Counted from the first letter of the whole stretch, positions 39,719-49,933 are shown. The stretch: 60,505 nt of DNA, filler included, from 6 parts of 6 records of this genome joined end to end with filler, not necessarily neighbours in it, one strand, 5' to 3'. Notes: a model not told the origin generated them from the sequence alone. Translations and numbers: made by a program.

Positions 39719-40888
39719 TTATTTAATCAAATTTATAAAAAGTGAGGATGCAAGCAATAAGCATCCAAAAAGTCCAAAATATGCAGTTATCACAGGGTAA
39801 AGTCTTTTAGATTCTTCAATTTTGATTACAGAATAGTTTGTAATTGAATAATACAAGAGAACAAAGAAAGAGCTTAGTTTTATTGCTTCAACTACATCAA
39901 AATACAATATTCCAACCACTACAACAATAGAGACAAGAATATCTGCAATATAAGCTGAGTTATATTTACTGTGGATACCACTAAGAGAGTTAGGTAGATA
40001 GTTATCTCTAGACATGGCAACAACCACTCTGCTTATCCCCGGTATGAGTGCTAGCAGCACGGAAGCTGTTGCAATTGTTGAGGCTATGGAAATTAGAAAT
40101 GAAAAATTAGAAAATCGTGATATATCAAAAGCAACTTTAAGCGGGGTTAAAGAGTTTTGAATTATGTCCGGATTAATAATTCCCAATGTGACATAAGTAG
40201 TTAAGAAGTATATCGATACAGTTATCCCAAGACCCGTAAGAATTGCTTTTGGAATAATTTTTTCTGGATTCTCGACTTCCTCACCAAATGTTGCCAAGCG
40301 AGAATAACCAGTAAATGCAAAAAACCAAATACTACTGCTTAAAAGTAATGACTCAAATGTTAATCCTTTTGTAATAGGGATAACAAAATTAAAATTATCT
40401 GAAGAAACTACAGAAAAAATGTAGAACAGAAGAATACCCAATACAGAATAGACAAACCATTTTGCAACAGAGGCAGTCTTCGCTGCACCAAAATAACTAA
40501 CAGTACCAACAATAAAAACTAAAGTTATACCTGCAATCTTGTGTGATGATGGATATAAATAGTGTCCAAAAGTTAAAGCTATAGCAATGGAGCTAATAAT
40601 TTTACCAATGATAAAAGTTGTACCCGCAATAAGTGAGCTAGAGTTCCCTAAAACTTTTCTGGCATATGCATAGGTACCACCTGTCTTGGGATAGAGTCTT
40701 GCGAGCTGTGCAGAAGAGCTAGCATTCGAGAATGCTAAAGTACTAGCAACTAATAACCCAAACAATAAAGAATAAGAAGAAATAATTGCTGCAGGTGCAA
40801 TATTTATAAATAAACCGGCACCAATCATTGAACTCAATCCCAAAAAGATTGAGTTGCGCAAGGTTAAAGTTCTTTTAAAGTGTTTCAT
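39719..40888 (-). CDS. APC-family amino acid permease
   Basis: GLSSMIGAGLF, SSAQLA..YP.TGGTY, FFAFTGYSRLATFGEEV, SRVVVAMSRD; ATG 40888 preferred. Confidence 0.92.
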   Translation of the reverse strand: MKHFKRTLTLRNSIFLGLSSMIGAGLFINIAPAAIISSYSLLFGLLVASTLAFSNASSSAQLARLYPKTGGTYAYARKVLGNSSSLIAGTTFIIGKIISSIAIALTFGHYLYPSSHKIAGITLVFIVGTVSYFGAAKTASVAKWFVYSVLGILLFYIFSVVSSDNFNFVIPITKGLTFESLLLSSSIWFFAFTGYSRLATFGEEVENPEKIIPKAILTGLGITVSIYFLTTYVTLGIINPDIIQNSLTPLKVAFDISRFSNFSFLISIASTIATASVLLALIPGISRVVVAMSRDNYLPNSLSGIHSKYNSAYIADILVSIVVVVGILYFDVVEAIKLSSFFVLLYYSITNYSVIKIEESKRLYPVITAYFGLFGCLLLASSLFINLIK

Positions 40889-40932
40889 GCTAGTTATTTG
40901 TATTACCATCTAATAATATAGAAAATATAAAA

Positions 40933-41916
40933 ATGTTTGATAAATTAGCACCCGTACCAATAAACAACTCAAAACACAGAAACTTAATGATTTTTTCTAT
41001 GAGCTGGTTCCTTATAGGAACATGGATTGATGCAAGCGCTCACAGTTACCTCAATGGAGATTTAGAAACTTTTTTTACGCCATGGCATGCTGTGTTGTAT
41101 TCCGGATATGCGTTTTCTGTACTTTCCACAATGTATATTAAAAATTCAATAAAAGATTACAGAATAGACATTGGTGTTTTGGGTGCAGTTATTTTTGGAA
41201 TTGGTGGTGGACTCGATTTGCTTTGGCATACCTTTCTTGGAATAGAACAGGGAGTTGAACCATTAGTGTCTCCATCCCACCTAATGCTTTTTCTCGGTGC
41301 TTTTTTGATGTTGGCCTACGTATTTGCTTCTAGACCAAATAAAGAAAGCCTAGATACTCCTGCTGTAATTACAGTCGGTGCTGCTTTTAGTTTGATTACA
41401 TTTATTACACAGTTTCTACACCCTTACCTGAATGTTGGAGAATTCTTTTGGTACGGGATTGAAGAACTTGCAGCAGGTTCATTATTTTTCCAGGCGTTAT
41501 TAGCAAGTATGATATTTGTCTTCATCATTAGATTTAAACCTACTAAAAATCAAATATTCATAATGTACACCATGTCATTTTTGTACCTATCTTTTCACTC
41601 TGTGCTTGGCGATCAAGAACTCTTGGTTGCAAAACTATTTTGGGGAGCATTATTTGGTTATTTAGGTTCTCAAATCACTAATTGGTATTACAACACAGAA
41701 AGTAAACAAAAAATGCAAATAGCTACTTCTCTAGTTGCAGGCTCCTATGGTCTCCTTTTCGTTCTTTATCTATTTGCTGCAAGTATTTACTTTGAGCAGG
41801 AGATGGTTTGGAGATTCTATGGCCTAGGAGGACTTGTTACGGTGCCACTCCTTTTTGGTTATATGATTGGTGGTTTAGGTGTTAGTCCTGTTACTAAGGA
41901 AATTATTAATAATTAA
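40933..41916 (+). CDS. Multi-pass membrane protein with two D-x3-H...P-x-H motifs (PmoC/AmoC-like metal site candidate)
   Basis: WIDASAH..ETFFTPWH and LDLLWHTF..E..VSPSH; many hydrophobic segments; ORF is solid, function is inferred. Confidence 0.7.
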   Translation: MFDKLAPVPINNSKHRNLMIFSMSWFLIGTWIDASAHSYLNGDLETFFTPWHAVLYSGYAFSVLSTMYIKNSIKDYRIDIGVLGAVIFGIGGGLDLLWHTFLGIEQGVEPLVSPSHLMLFLGAFLMLAYVFASRPNKESLDTPAVITVGAAFSLITFITQFLHPYLNVGEFFWYGIEELAAGSLFFQALLASMIFVFIIRFKPTKNQIFIMYTMSFLYLSFHSVLGDQELLVAKLFWGALFGYLGSQITNWYYNTESKQKMQIATSLVAGSYGLLFVLYLFAASIYFEQEMVWRFYGLGGLVTVPLLFGYMIGGLGVSPVTKEIINN

Positions 41917-41917
41917 A

Positions 41918-42613
41918 CTAGTAAGTTTTAAGTTCGTCGCCATCCATAAAAGATACGTTATTGAATTCTTTTAATCTGAAGAAATGACCTGATGAAATTT
42001 TTGTAGATTTCAAAATTGTATGACCCGCATGTCTTGGTAGAAACTTTCTCCACGTCCATGGATACAAAGGCATATTTAAAAAATAAGAAATAAGTACAGA
42101 CATTGTTCCTGCATGAGAGATAATTATGAGCTTTTCTGTCTCATTATCATCAAGATTAAAAAGTCTGTCATATTTGTTATCAATACTGACTATTCCAAGC
42201 TCTGAAAGATTTTCACCAAGTTTTGTAATTATATTTTCACTAAAAGTTTTCATATACTCACCATGATTAGTGACCAACCATTCCTCAAAAGACTTACTAT
42301 TACGCTTAATGAAAAATTCTTCAATCTCTTTATTTGACTTACCGATGAGGTCTACTTCTTCACTATCTCGCATTTCCTGTAGCCAGTCGTGAACAATAAT
42401 ATCTTCAGATACTCCGACTTCTTTGAACGGTGCAAGAGTTTGTTGAGCACGCAAAAGTGGCGATACCCATATTTTATCTACTTCTCCCTTAGTAAAAATA
42501 CTAGAAGATAGGAATGCTTGCCTAGTTCCCTTTTCAGTTAAACCAGGATCAAGATTATATTGATCATTTTTTAACCACTCTGGTTGCCCATGTCTTATAA
42601 GTACAATTTCCAT
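41918..42613 (-). CDS. Histidine phosphatase (phosphoglycerate mutase-like) family protein
   Basis: LIRHGQP, LTEKG..QA, SPLLRAQQT, ISHAGT; ATG 42613 preferred. Confidence 0.9.
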   Translation of the reverse strand: MEIVLIRHGQPEWLKNDQYNLDPGLTEKGTRQAFLSSSIFTKGEVDKIWVSPLLRAQQTLAPFKEVGVSEDIIVHDWLQEMRDSEEVDLIGKSNKEIEEFFIKRNSKSFEEWLVTNHGEYMKTFSENIITKLGENLSELGIVSIDNKYDRLFNLDDNETEKLIIISHAGTMSVLISYFLNMPLYPWTWRKFLPRHAGHTILKSTKISSGHFFRLKEFNNVSFMDGDELKTY

Positions 42614-42665
42614 TACAAAAACAATAGCCAAATTGAGTTATTCTGATAGGAAAAGAAATAAAATA

Positions 42666-43106
42666 ATGAATAGAAAACTTTATAGAACACCACAGAAGAT
42701 GCTGCCAATACTTCTTACTGGCTTCTCTCTTTCATATGTATCTATTGACAATATTTTTAATGGCCCTTTTAGGAATTTTTTAAAAAACTATATTTCACTG
42801 AATGAATTTGGGTCAAACATTCGTGAGGAAGTTTTATACTATCTCATTTTACTCGTAGGGGGTTTCCAACTCTTTACTGCTGTACAAAGTATTTTTCAGC
42901 CAGTTCTTGAAATATCAGAACACAAAATAGCCATGAGGACTTCTGAAAAACTTCTTACAGTTGTTAAAGACATACAAGACCTGCAGGCAGCAGTTCTGCA
43001 TGAAGACTATGTTAGATTTACATTTAATGATGAGACCTATTCTGTATTTGTCGAAAACATTGAGGCAGACGAGTTAGAGAGCCTACTGAATGAATTAAAT
43101 ATCTAA
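42666..43106 (+). CDS. Hypothetical membrane-anchored protein
   Basis: ORF with two hydrophobic segments and a soluble C-terminus; no family recognised. Confidence 0.65.
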   Translation: MNRKLYRTPQKMLPILLTGFSLSYVSIDNIFNGPFRNFLKNYISLNEFGSNIREEVLYYLILLVGGFQLFTAVQSIFQPVLEISEHKIAMRTSEKLLTVVKDIQDLQAAVLHEDYVRFTFNDETYSVFVENIEADELESLLNELNI

Positions 43107-43199
43107 AATGTTCGCGAAAAATAGATTAATGATTTTCTTGCCAAACTGACCATTATTAGGTAAATTTATTAAACACTAAAGAAAAAGAAGTCGCAAGAC

Positions 43200-43299
43200 N
43201 NNNNNNNNNNNNNNNNNNNNNNNNNNNNNNNNNNNNNNNNNNNTTAATTAATTAANNNNNNNNNNNNNNNNNNNNNNNNNNNNNNNNNNNNNNNNNNNN
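43200..43299. other. Artificial contig spacer
   Basis: N44-TTAATTAATTAA-N44. Confidence 0.98.
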
Positions 43300-44639
43300 T
43301 GATTATCATATAAGAAATCATATTGAATATGATCATTCATTTTATTCCAGTCTTCTGGAGTTACAATATTTTTTAATATTAGTTGAGTGCGAAGCATATC
43401 ATTAAACATACTTGCAAATCGTTTTCTTAAACGGCCAACAAACTTTGAAAATTTAAGTTCGTCTCTTAAAATTTCAGATGAACGTCCCAAGTTAAATCCA
43501 TCACCACCACCGGCAATTCTAGATTCTGGAACGCCGAGTGCTCTATAAAGTTTTTTCTGGAAATACTCAATATCAGAAAGTTCTCCTAAATTCTGACCAC
43601 CAGGAAGAGTTGTGATTTCGGTTCCTCTACCACCCTCTCTTCTTGGAAGCCAGAAATCTTCCATCATACTCATAAACTTTTTATCATCACGAACTTCGCC
43701 CGTATTTGCATCATATACAAGTTTATTTCTATAACGACTCATAACTTCTTTGAGATATTGCTCTGCCTTTACTTTCGGCAAATTGCCAACATCAATATAA
43801 AAAATACGACGCTCTGGTGCCCTAGAAAGTCTGTAAATAACAAGAGAATCCTCAATCATTCGAAGTTGATTGAGTGCCTTAATCGCTTTATGAAGATATG
43901 ATAGTACAGTACCCTGATTTCTGTCTACTAGACCGGAGGTACAATAACTAATCGAATCCTTTGAAATTTTTACAGAATTTTTTGCCGCAGATCCATATCC
44001 ATATGCTCCACCCGATTGACTTGATGATGGAGTATATACAAAATACTCTTCAATCTCTGGGTATGCAACCTGATTCGCATTTAAATTGGCAAGTGATGAT
44101 ATATTTGGCCCAGATTTATTACTTGTTTTTTTCTCTTGACGAACGTGCTTGATCTTCATTGGATCAATGTATCTTAATTCCTGAATTCCTTCCTCAGGTT
44201 TCTTCAAATCAATAACTTTGAGATAAAATAGTCTTCCGTCAATATACCAATTTCTAAAAATTTCGTGACACTTCTTATCGAAGTCCATTATTTCTTTAAT
44301 ATTCTTAAACTCTTCTCTTATAGCAGTTTTGAGTTTATCACTAGCATTTAAATTTGTTAGTTCAATTTCAACCGGAGAGTCATATAAGTCACTCACAAGC
44401 GCCTCATTCACAACATCTTCTATTGCTCCGTCACATTCTGGATGAAGTGACATTTCTCTATATCTTTTAATTAGATCATATTCTGTTCTATAAACACCCT
44501 CAATATCAATTGTTTGTCCATAAAATCCCGATTGAATATAATGATCAACCCCGTCATCATTACTTTGAGGAACGGGGGAGACTATGGACTTAGATTTTTT
44601 TTCACCATCCTCAATCGAAAAACCAAAAAGTTTCGCCAT
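43300..44639 (-). CDS. g20: T4-like portal vertex protein gp20, 3' truncated
   Basis: MAKLFGFSI, YLHKAIKALNQLRMIEDSLVIYRLSRAPERRIFYIDVGNLP, EDFWLPRREGGRGTEITTLPGG. Confidence 0.97.
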
Positions 44640-44667
44640 CTTATAAACTTAAACTCTTAATATGATA

Positions 44668-44675
44668 TATTTAGT
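44668..44675 (-). promoter_or_regulatory. T4-like late promoter candidate for g20
   Basis: ACTAAATA on minus strand overlapping g19 stop; related to T4 TATAAATA. Confidence 0.55.
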
Positions 44676-45261
44676 TAATATCCACACCACCCGCCTTAGC
44701 AGAGTCGCCCTTAATAGCTTCCCACCAAAGAACTTGCATTTCTACGGTAAATTCCTGAATACCATCAGTTCCGTAATCGAGTTGAATCGCACTGATATTT
44801 GTTGGGAATAAATCATAAAAATGATATGCTCTCAGAGTTGAACCATCACGATCTAACTGATAAACAAAGGCATCAGCAGTATATTCTGCCGAATCAGTAA
44901 CACCGGTATTGTCTGATACTCTATTAATGGTATTCATCCAGTTTTCAAATGCCGAACGAATTATAAAGTCGGTATCATTAAGAACCGTAATTGTCCAAGT
45001 TGCGAAGGTGCGATCTCCGGCTAATTTTAAAGTTCTTCCCCTAAATGCAACTGTTAAAGGATTTATAATCGAATCGGGGAGTGCCACAGCTTTGATTAAG
45101 AATCTTGATTTGTCAAGAACATTAGTGTCGGCAGGAGCGGCAGATGGGAAAGAAATAACAACCTCAAAAAGGTTACTTCTAGCACCACCACCAGTCAGCT
45201 TGCTCTTGAAGTCTGTAATTTTCCTTAAAGGAGGTGGATTTAATTGATTTCTGGTAGCCAT
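44671..45261 (-). CDS. g19: T4-like tail tube protein gp19
   Basis: GGGARSNLFEV, FRGRTLKLAGDRTF..WTITVLND, FPTNISAIQL. Confidence 0.95.
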   Translation of the reverse strand: MATRNQLNPPPLRKITDFKSKLTGGGARSNLFEVVISFPSAAPADTNVLDKSRFLIKAVALPDSIINPLTVAFRGRTLKLAGDRTFATWTITVLNDTDFIIRSAFENWMNTINRVSDNTGVTDSAEYTADAFVYQLDRDGSTLRAYHFYDLFPTNISAIQLDYGTDGIQEFTVEMQVLWWEAIKGDSAKAGGVDIN

Positions 45262-45281
45262 TGTTGTTTAACCTCTGTTAA

Positions 45282-47450
45282 TTAAAATTTACCGATTACT
45301 TCTTCAAAATCAACACCAGTCTTGGTGGCAATAAAGGTAAGACCGATGAAGTTAATCGATCTTGCTGGCTTAATGTAAATATCTGCCACGAATTCATTGG
45401 CATCAATAACTGCTGCCGTATTATTAGTTTCATCAGCAATTACAACATAATCAAAAATACCTCTCTTTGCCTGAACATCACGCAAGAACGGTTCAATTGT
45501 ATTTACAAAATTAGTTCTTGTAATTTCATCGTTAAATTCAAAGAGCACATCCTTGGAAGCACGAGAAATGGCATCTTCCAGATAAAGGAAGAGTCTGCGA
45601 ACGTTGATTCTATCGAATGCCGATGTTCTTCCTAATCCTGTTTTGTCTCCAAATAGAATAATGCCTGCTCCTGGTGAGAAAATAACCGGGTTAATTCTCT
45701 TTGTATAAAGACGATCTCTTTGTGATTTACTTGGAGTATAGGCAAGTTTAATCGCATTTAGAATGGCACCTCTTGCCGTTCCGGCAGGTGAATACCAGGG
45801 GAAGAAGTTAGTATCGGTGCGAGCACATAAACCGGCGATGTCGCCATTTAGAGGCACATAGCGATAGGTATTAGCGAACCTATCGTACATATACTTATAA
45901 CCAGAATCAAATACGGCAAAAGATGAAGATGCTACTGGAGCAAAGAAACTAACCACATTTGTTGTGATGTCTTCCGACGATCTTACTGTGACACCTCCCT
46001 CTCCACCATCCGCAAGAGCAGTATCTCTGGATGGGGAAATAAATGCGATTGCATCCTTTCTTAATTCGGCAACAGAGATAAGTTTATTTGCCAATTCTTG
46101 CGAATCTGCCTTCGAACGGCCACCACCTGCCAACAGAAAATCTATATCAATACTTTCTGTATTTTCGAACAAATCGTAACCATCCTTGATTTCGGCAAGA
46201 GTTGCGGTTAAAGCACCAGCAGTTGTAATTCCGGTTTGACCATTATAATTTACACCACCAGCCAAAGTGGAAGTAACATTACCAGAAGTACCAAAAATAA
46301 TATTTTCTGCTGGTTGATCCCAGGCATTATCGGTTGTTAGGTCAAATTGATTTGCATCATATCCTGTCGTTGTAAGACCGGCAGGTGAACCACCGGCAAA
46401 AATGTATGCAGAATTCGCGGCAATATACTTTCTCCAATAAGCAGTGCTTCCTGCCGAAAATTCAGCATCAGTTGCCTTGGAAAGACCCAAATGCCTTTCA
46501 AGAACTGTTCCGGCATTACCAGTAATACTTCCTAAATCATCAATAAGAACAACGTGAACTTCATCAAATCTAGATCCTCTTGGTGCTGCAAATGCCGAAG
46601 TTCCGGGAGCCTGTGCAATACTATTCCATTGGATGCTAGAATTAGTCAAAGTAATGTATTGTTGACTGAACCAATCAACTTCGCTGGTATAAGATGTAGA
46701 TCCCAGAGCAACCAAAGCACTGTTGTCTATTCCCGTTGTTACGATGCCAACAGTTCCACTTTCGGTAAAGCAGTAATTTCCGTCTTGCTCATAATCAACG
46801 GTAGTTTCTGTATTTCCGGATGATACACGACTTAAAATTTTAACTGAAACTGAACCAGCGCCAATTTCAGTAATAATTCCTTTTAGATAAGAACCTGTTA
46901 AATCAATTGAAGTTCCGGAAGAAGTATCTACTTTTCCAGTAAGAGATTGAGTTAATCCGTAACCAACTTGGGCAAGCGTGGTTACAATACCACTTAAAAT
47001 TTGGTCTGCTTTGGCATCAACGATTCCAACTTTAATGCCATTTGCCCAAGAACCAGGATTTCTTGCTGCAACTACGACATTAGTAATAGTATTTTCATCA
47101 TATCCAAGTTCTTCATAATTATCTAAACTTTTAATCTTGACACTACTTGCGGTTCCGACAAAAGCATTTTTGAGGTCAGTGTCGTCTGCTCTGATTACTT
47201 GCAGCGATCCACCATAAGAAAGGTAAGATGATGCAACCATCCAACTTTCATAATGCCTATCTGTAGCATAAGGTTGTCCAAAATTATTCAGTAAATCATT
47301 TTCGCTTTCAATTAAAGTAGGCGAATCTACAGGTCCTTTTGCAAATGGTGAAACAATTGCTCCCATTTGAGTAGCTCCTGGTTGAACCCTACCAGAAGTA
47401 AGATCAATTTCCTTTACTACGATTCCAGGAGATGCTAAATTTAGTGGCAT
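45282..47450 (-). CDS. g18: T4-like tail sheath protein gp18
   Basis: LASPGIVVKEID, DSGYKYMYDRF, PWYSPAG..RG, SAFDRINVRRLF, IKPARSINFI. Confidence 0.97.
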   Translation of the reverse strand: MPLNLASPGIVVKEIDLTSGRVQPGATQMGAIVSPFAKGPVDSPTLIESENDLLNNFGQPYATDRHYESWMVASSYLSYGGSLQVIRADDTDLKNAFVGTASSVKIKSLDNYEELGYDENTITNVVVAARNPGSWANGIKVGIVDAKADQILSGIVTTLAQVGYGLTQSLTGKVDTSSGTSIDLTGSYLKGIITEIGAGSVSVKILSRVSSGNTETTVDYEQDGNYCFTESGTVGIVTTGIDNSALVALGSTSYTSEVDWFSQQYITLTNSSIQWNSIAQAPGTSAFAAPRGSRFDEVHVVLIDDLGSITGNAGTVLERHLGLSKATDAEFSAGSTAYWRKYIAANSAYIFAGGSPAGLTTTGYDANQFDLTTDNAWDQPAENIIFGTSGNVTSTLAGGVNYNGQTGITTAGALTATLAEIKDGYDLFENTESIDIDFLLAGGGRSKADSQELANKLISVAELRKDAIAFISPSRDTALADGGEGGVTVRSSEDITTNVVSFFAPVASSSFAVFDSGYKYMYDRFANTYRYVPLNGDIAGLCARTDTNFFPWYSPAGTARGAILNAIKLAYTPSKSQRDRLYTKRINPVIFSPGAGIILFGDKTGLGRTSAFDRINVRRLFLYLEDAISRASKDVLFEFNDEITRTNFVNTIEPFLRDVQAKRGIFDYVVIADETNNTAAVIDANEFVADIYIKPARSINFIGLTFIATKTGVDFEEVIGKF

Positions 47451-47486
47451 CTTTGTTCTCCGTGTTATCCCGATTTATTCTAGAAG

Positions 47487-47494
47487 TATTTATT
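47487..47494 (-). promoter_or_regulatory. T4-like late promoter for g18
   Basis: AATAAATA on minus strand 36 bp upstream of g18 start, followed by GGAG RBS. Confidence 0.7.
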
Positions 47495-47534
47495 AAAAAG
47501 TTTATTTTCATTGGGGAAACGGTCAATGAACAAC

Positions 47535-47771
47535 TTACCAGTCAGGATAATGCCAATTGTGAGATTGTGTATGCTTTTTTCTATTTTTAGTAATTCTTGT
47601 TTTGGTGCATTCCTTACATTCGTAGGCATATGCAGAAGGAAGGGCACCCTTTCCTTTGCGAGTTAGATAATAATCATCAATCAAACTTTTTGTTTTTTTA
47701 CATATTCTACATTGACGTTCTAAAAAAAGTAGGTGTTGAGTATTGATTTGATCATCAATATCAAAATTCAT
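47535..47771 (-). CDS. Small phage protein with two CxxC (Zn-finger-like)
   Basis: CRIC...CKEC, ends YPDW; ATG 47771 overlaps gp17 stop (TAATG). Confidence 0.8.
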   Translation of the reverse strand: MNFDIDDQINTQHLLFLERQCRICKKTKSLIDDYYLTRKGKGALPSAYAYECKECTKTRITKNRKKHTQSHNWHYPDW

Positions 47772-49492
47772 TATTGGTAATCCCACATATATGAACGATC
47801 ACCATATTCGTCGACATTCCATATTTCTTGAGATTCGAATTTATTTTCTTTTGTGGCAATCAACCACCTATCACCCGTTTCTTTCTCTATAAAGACACTC
47901 ATATCTTCCAATCCGTCTGAAATAAATCCAAATGGTGCCATATCCTGATCTATTTGATTTTTTTGTTCTTCATATATTCTCTTACGAATATCATTATTAG
48001 TCATCTCCTTAAAATAATTTTGAGCGACTAACCAGGCAAAAATTACCAAGCACATCGCAAGGTCGTCATTACAACCTTCCTCGGCTTCATACGAGTTATG
48101 TCTTTGAGTAAATGTTGTAAGCTCACTAATAATGTCATAGTCACTTACAAATAGTTTATCATCCTCAATAAGTAATTTTAAGTTGGAGCATCCCAACTTT
48201 TTAACTGCCGCAGTCGTTCTGATTCCAAGTTGAGATTTTTTACCACTAAATCCAGTTCCAACTAACTGCCCAGCTCTTCCTCTCATAGCACACATTAAGA
48301 TATTATCATATTCTAAATCATAATGAAGAATATTAGCGACCTGATCTCCAATATCATTAACTTCTATAAGTAACCAGGCATTATCATATCCTTTTGCAAC
48401 TTCATTTATAATGCTGGGAAATAGCATCGGTTTAATTTCATTATTTTTGTATTTTGCCACAACTCTATAAGGAAACTGTGTAATATCAAAAACAACAAAT
48501 GCTGAATAGTCATTACCCATTCCACGAGCAACATCAACTGTAATCAAGTAACTGTGGTCTTCCTTTGGTTCTTCATAAACATCAAGACCTTTACTTCTTT
48601 TTAATGGATCATCATAAACTAATATTTTAAGTTTGGATGGATTAATGAGAGTTCCTATGGACCCTAAAAATTCACAAAGGTGCTCTGCCTTAAATTGTTG
48701 CTCACTTGTGTTTGCAATTGTTTGTGCCTTCCATTCCTCATCTCTTCCGGGAACTTCGGACCAATGAACCTCTGTGGCAACAAATTCACTCTTTTTTCTT
48801 TCTGCATCGTGCCACATACGATAAAAGTGATTCATACCCTTTGGAGTGGATACTATAATTACTTTAGTCGTCTTACCTGATGAAATTGTGGGATATACTG
48901 ATGCAAAGAAATCATCGGCAATATGATTGGGAACGAATGCAAATTCGTCCAAGAAAATAATATTAAATGACATTCCTCGAACAGCAGAAGCAGAAGTCGA
49001 TGCCGCAATAATTTTTGATCCATTTTCCAATTCTAATGATCCTTTATTCCAAGAAATAATGCCTTGCTGCATCCATTTTGGAAGATTCTCATATGAGAGT
49101 TGTAGTCTTTGTAATATTTCTCTTGATGTTGTTGCTTTGTTTGCCAGAATACCAACATTTACATTATCGTTAAAAACGATATAATGTAACAAGTAAGACA
49201 CCACCGTTGTTGTCTTACCAACCTGACGTGGCATTTTACAAATATTAAATCGGTGCTTGTGAAAATTACTAACCAATTTTTCTTGAAAAGGCCACATATC
49301 AAATCCAATCAGACCTTCATCAACATTAACAATCTTAATATATTTCTTGGCAAAATAAACAGGATCCTCCTTACAAGTTAAAAACTCAATAACTTGATCT
49401 TCGGTAAATTGAATCGGAGTATTTGCCCTTTTTAGATTTGGGTTAGATAGATATGCATCACCCTCTTTTAATTGTATATCTTCAATTTGCAT
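47771..49492 (-). CDS. g17: T4-like terminase large subunit gp17
   Basis: YLSNPNLK, Walker A PRQVGKTT, Walker B IIFLDEFAF, STPKGMNHFY, VDVARG, NDDLAM. Confidence 0.97.
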   Translation of the reverse strand: MQIEDIQLKEGDAYLSNPNLKRANTPIQFTEDQVIEFLTCKEDPVYFAKKYIKIVNVDEGLIGFDMWPFQEKLVSNFHKHRFNICKMPRQVGKTTTVVSYLLHYIVFNDNVNVGILANKATTSREILQRLQLSYENLPKWMQQGIISWNKGSLELENGSKIIAASTSASAVRGMSFNIIFLDEFAFVPNHIADDFFASVYPTISSGKTTKVIIVSTPKGMNHFYRMWHDAERKKSEFVATEVHWSEVPGRDEEWKAQTIANTSEQQFKAEHLCEFLGSIGTLINPSKLKILVYDDPLKRSKGLDVYEEPKEDHSYLITVDVARGMGNDYSAFVVFDITQFPYRVVAKYKNNEIKPMLFPSIINEVAKGYDNAWLLIEVNDIGDQVANILHYDLEYDNILMCAMRGRAGQLVGTGFSGKKSQLGIRTTAAVKKLGCSNLKLLIEDDKLFVSDYDIISELTTFTQRHNSYEAEEGCNDDLAMCLVIFAWLVAQNYFKEMTNNDIRKRIYEEQKNQIDQDMAPFGFISDGLEDMSVFIEKETGDRWLIATKENKFESQEIWNVDEYGDRSYMWDYQ

Positions 49493-49493
49493 A

Positions 49494-49833
49494 CTAACAA
49501 TTCCACTTTCTTAATGATAATGCTTTTCTTGTTGGACGACCTTTTTCATCTTTCATAGGACCGGGCATTCCTCCCATACGAGCACAGAAAGACTTTCTAC
49601 GCTTTGCATCCTTTGATCCTGGTTCTAATTTTGATGGTTCTGTCGTAACCGCAGTCTGTAACTTTGATCCAGGATTTTCTCTTCTGTATGATGCCACTCC
49701 TTTTGCATTTAATCCACCTTCGGGATTCTTACCTTCCTTTCTTTGCCAGGCAGCGGATGCTTCGCCCATAAATTGCGAGAATGTTCTGTTGCCTTCTTTG
49801 ACACAACGATTGTAAGTTTTTCCAAAAAGTTTT
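49494..49833 (-). CDS. Phage hypothetical protein (DUF6321-like C-terminus), 5' truncated
   Basis: AWQRKEGKNPEGGLN...RRKSFCARMGGM...RKWNC; frame stays open to contig edge (LFGKTYNRCVKEGNRTFSQFMGE). Confidence 0.75.
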
Positions 49834-49933
49834 NNNNNNNNNNNNNNNNNNNNNNNNNNNNNNNNNNNNNNNNNNNNTTAATTAATTAANNNNNNNNNNN
49901 NNNNNNNNNNNNNNNNNNNNNNNNNNNNNNNNN
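49834..49933. other. Artificial contig spacer
   Basis: N44-TTAATTAATTAA-N44. Confidence 0.98.

Larger units (their letters stand above)
43300..49833 (-). mobile_element. T4-like myophage contig (cyanophage-like) packaging/tail/portal module
   Basis: Gene order gp17-small ORF-gp18-gp19-gp20 with late-promoter motifs; bounded by spacers, no host junction. Confidence 0.95.

Noticed and set aside
43107-43199. Coding fragment at the end of contig D
   Set aside because: Frames checked gave early stops and no recognisable motif
43300-49833. Prophage integrated in a bacterial chromosome
   Set aside because: Bounded by spacers on both sides; no integrase, att site or host junction
11138-49933. Five TTAATTAATTAA copies flanked by N runs as a biological repeat or CRISPR
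   Set aside because: Identical 100-bp synthetic spacers that cut genes mid-frame; ORF-track proteins ending in X are truncation artefacts
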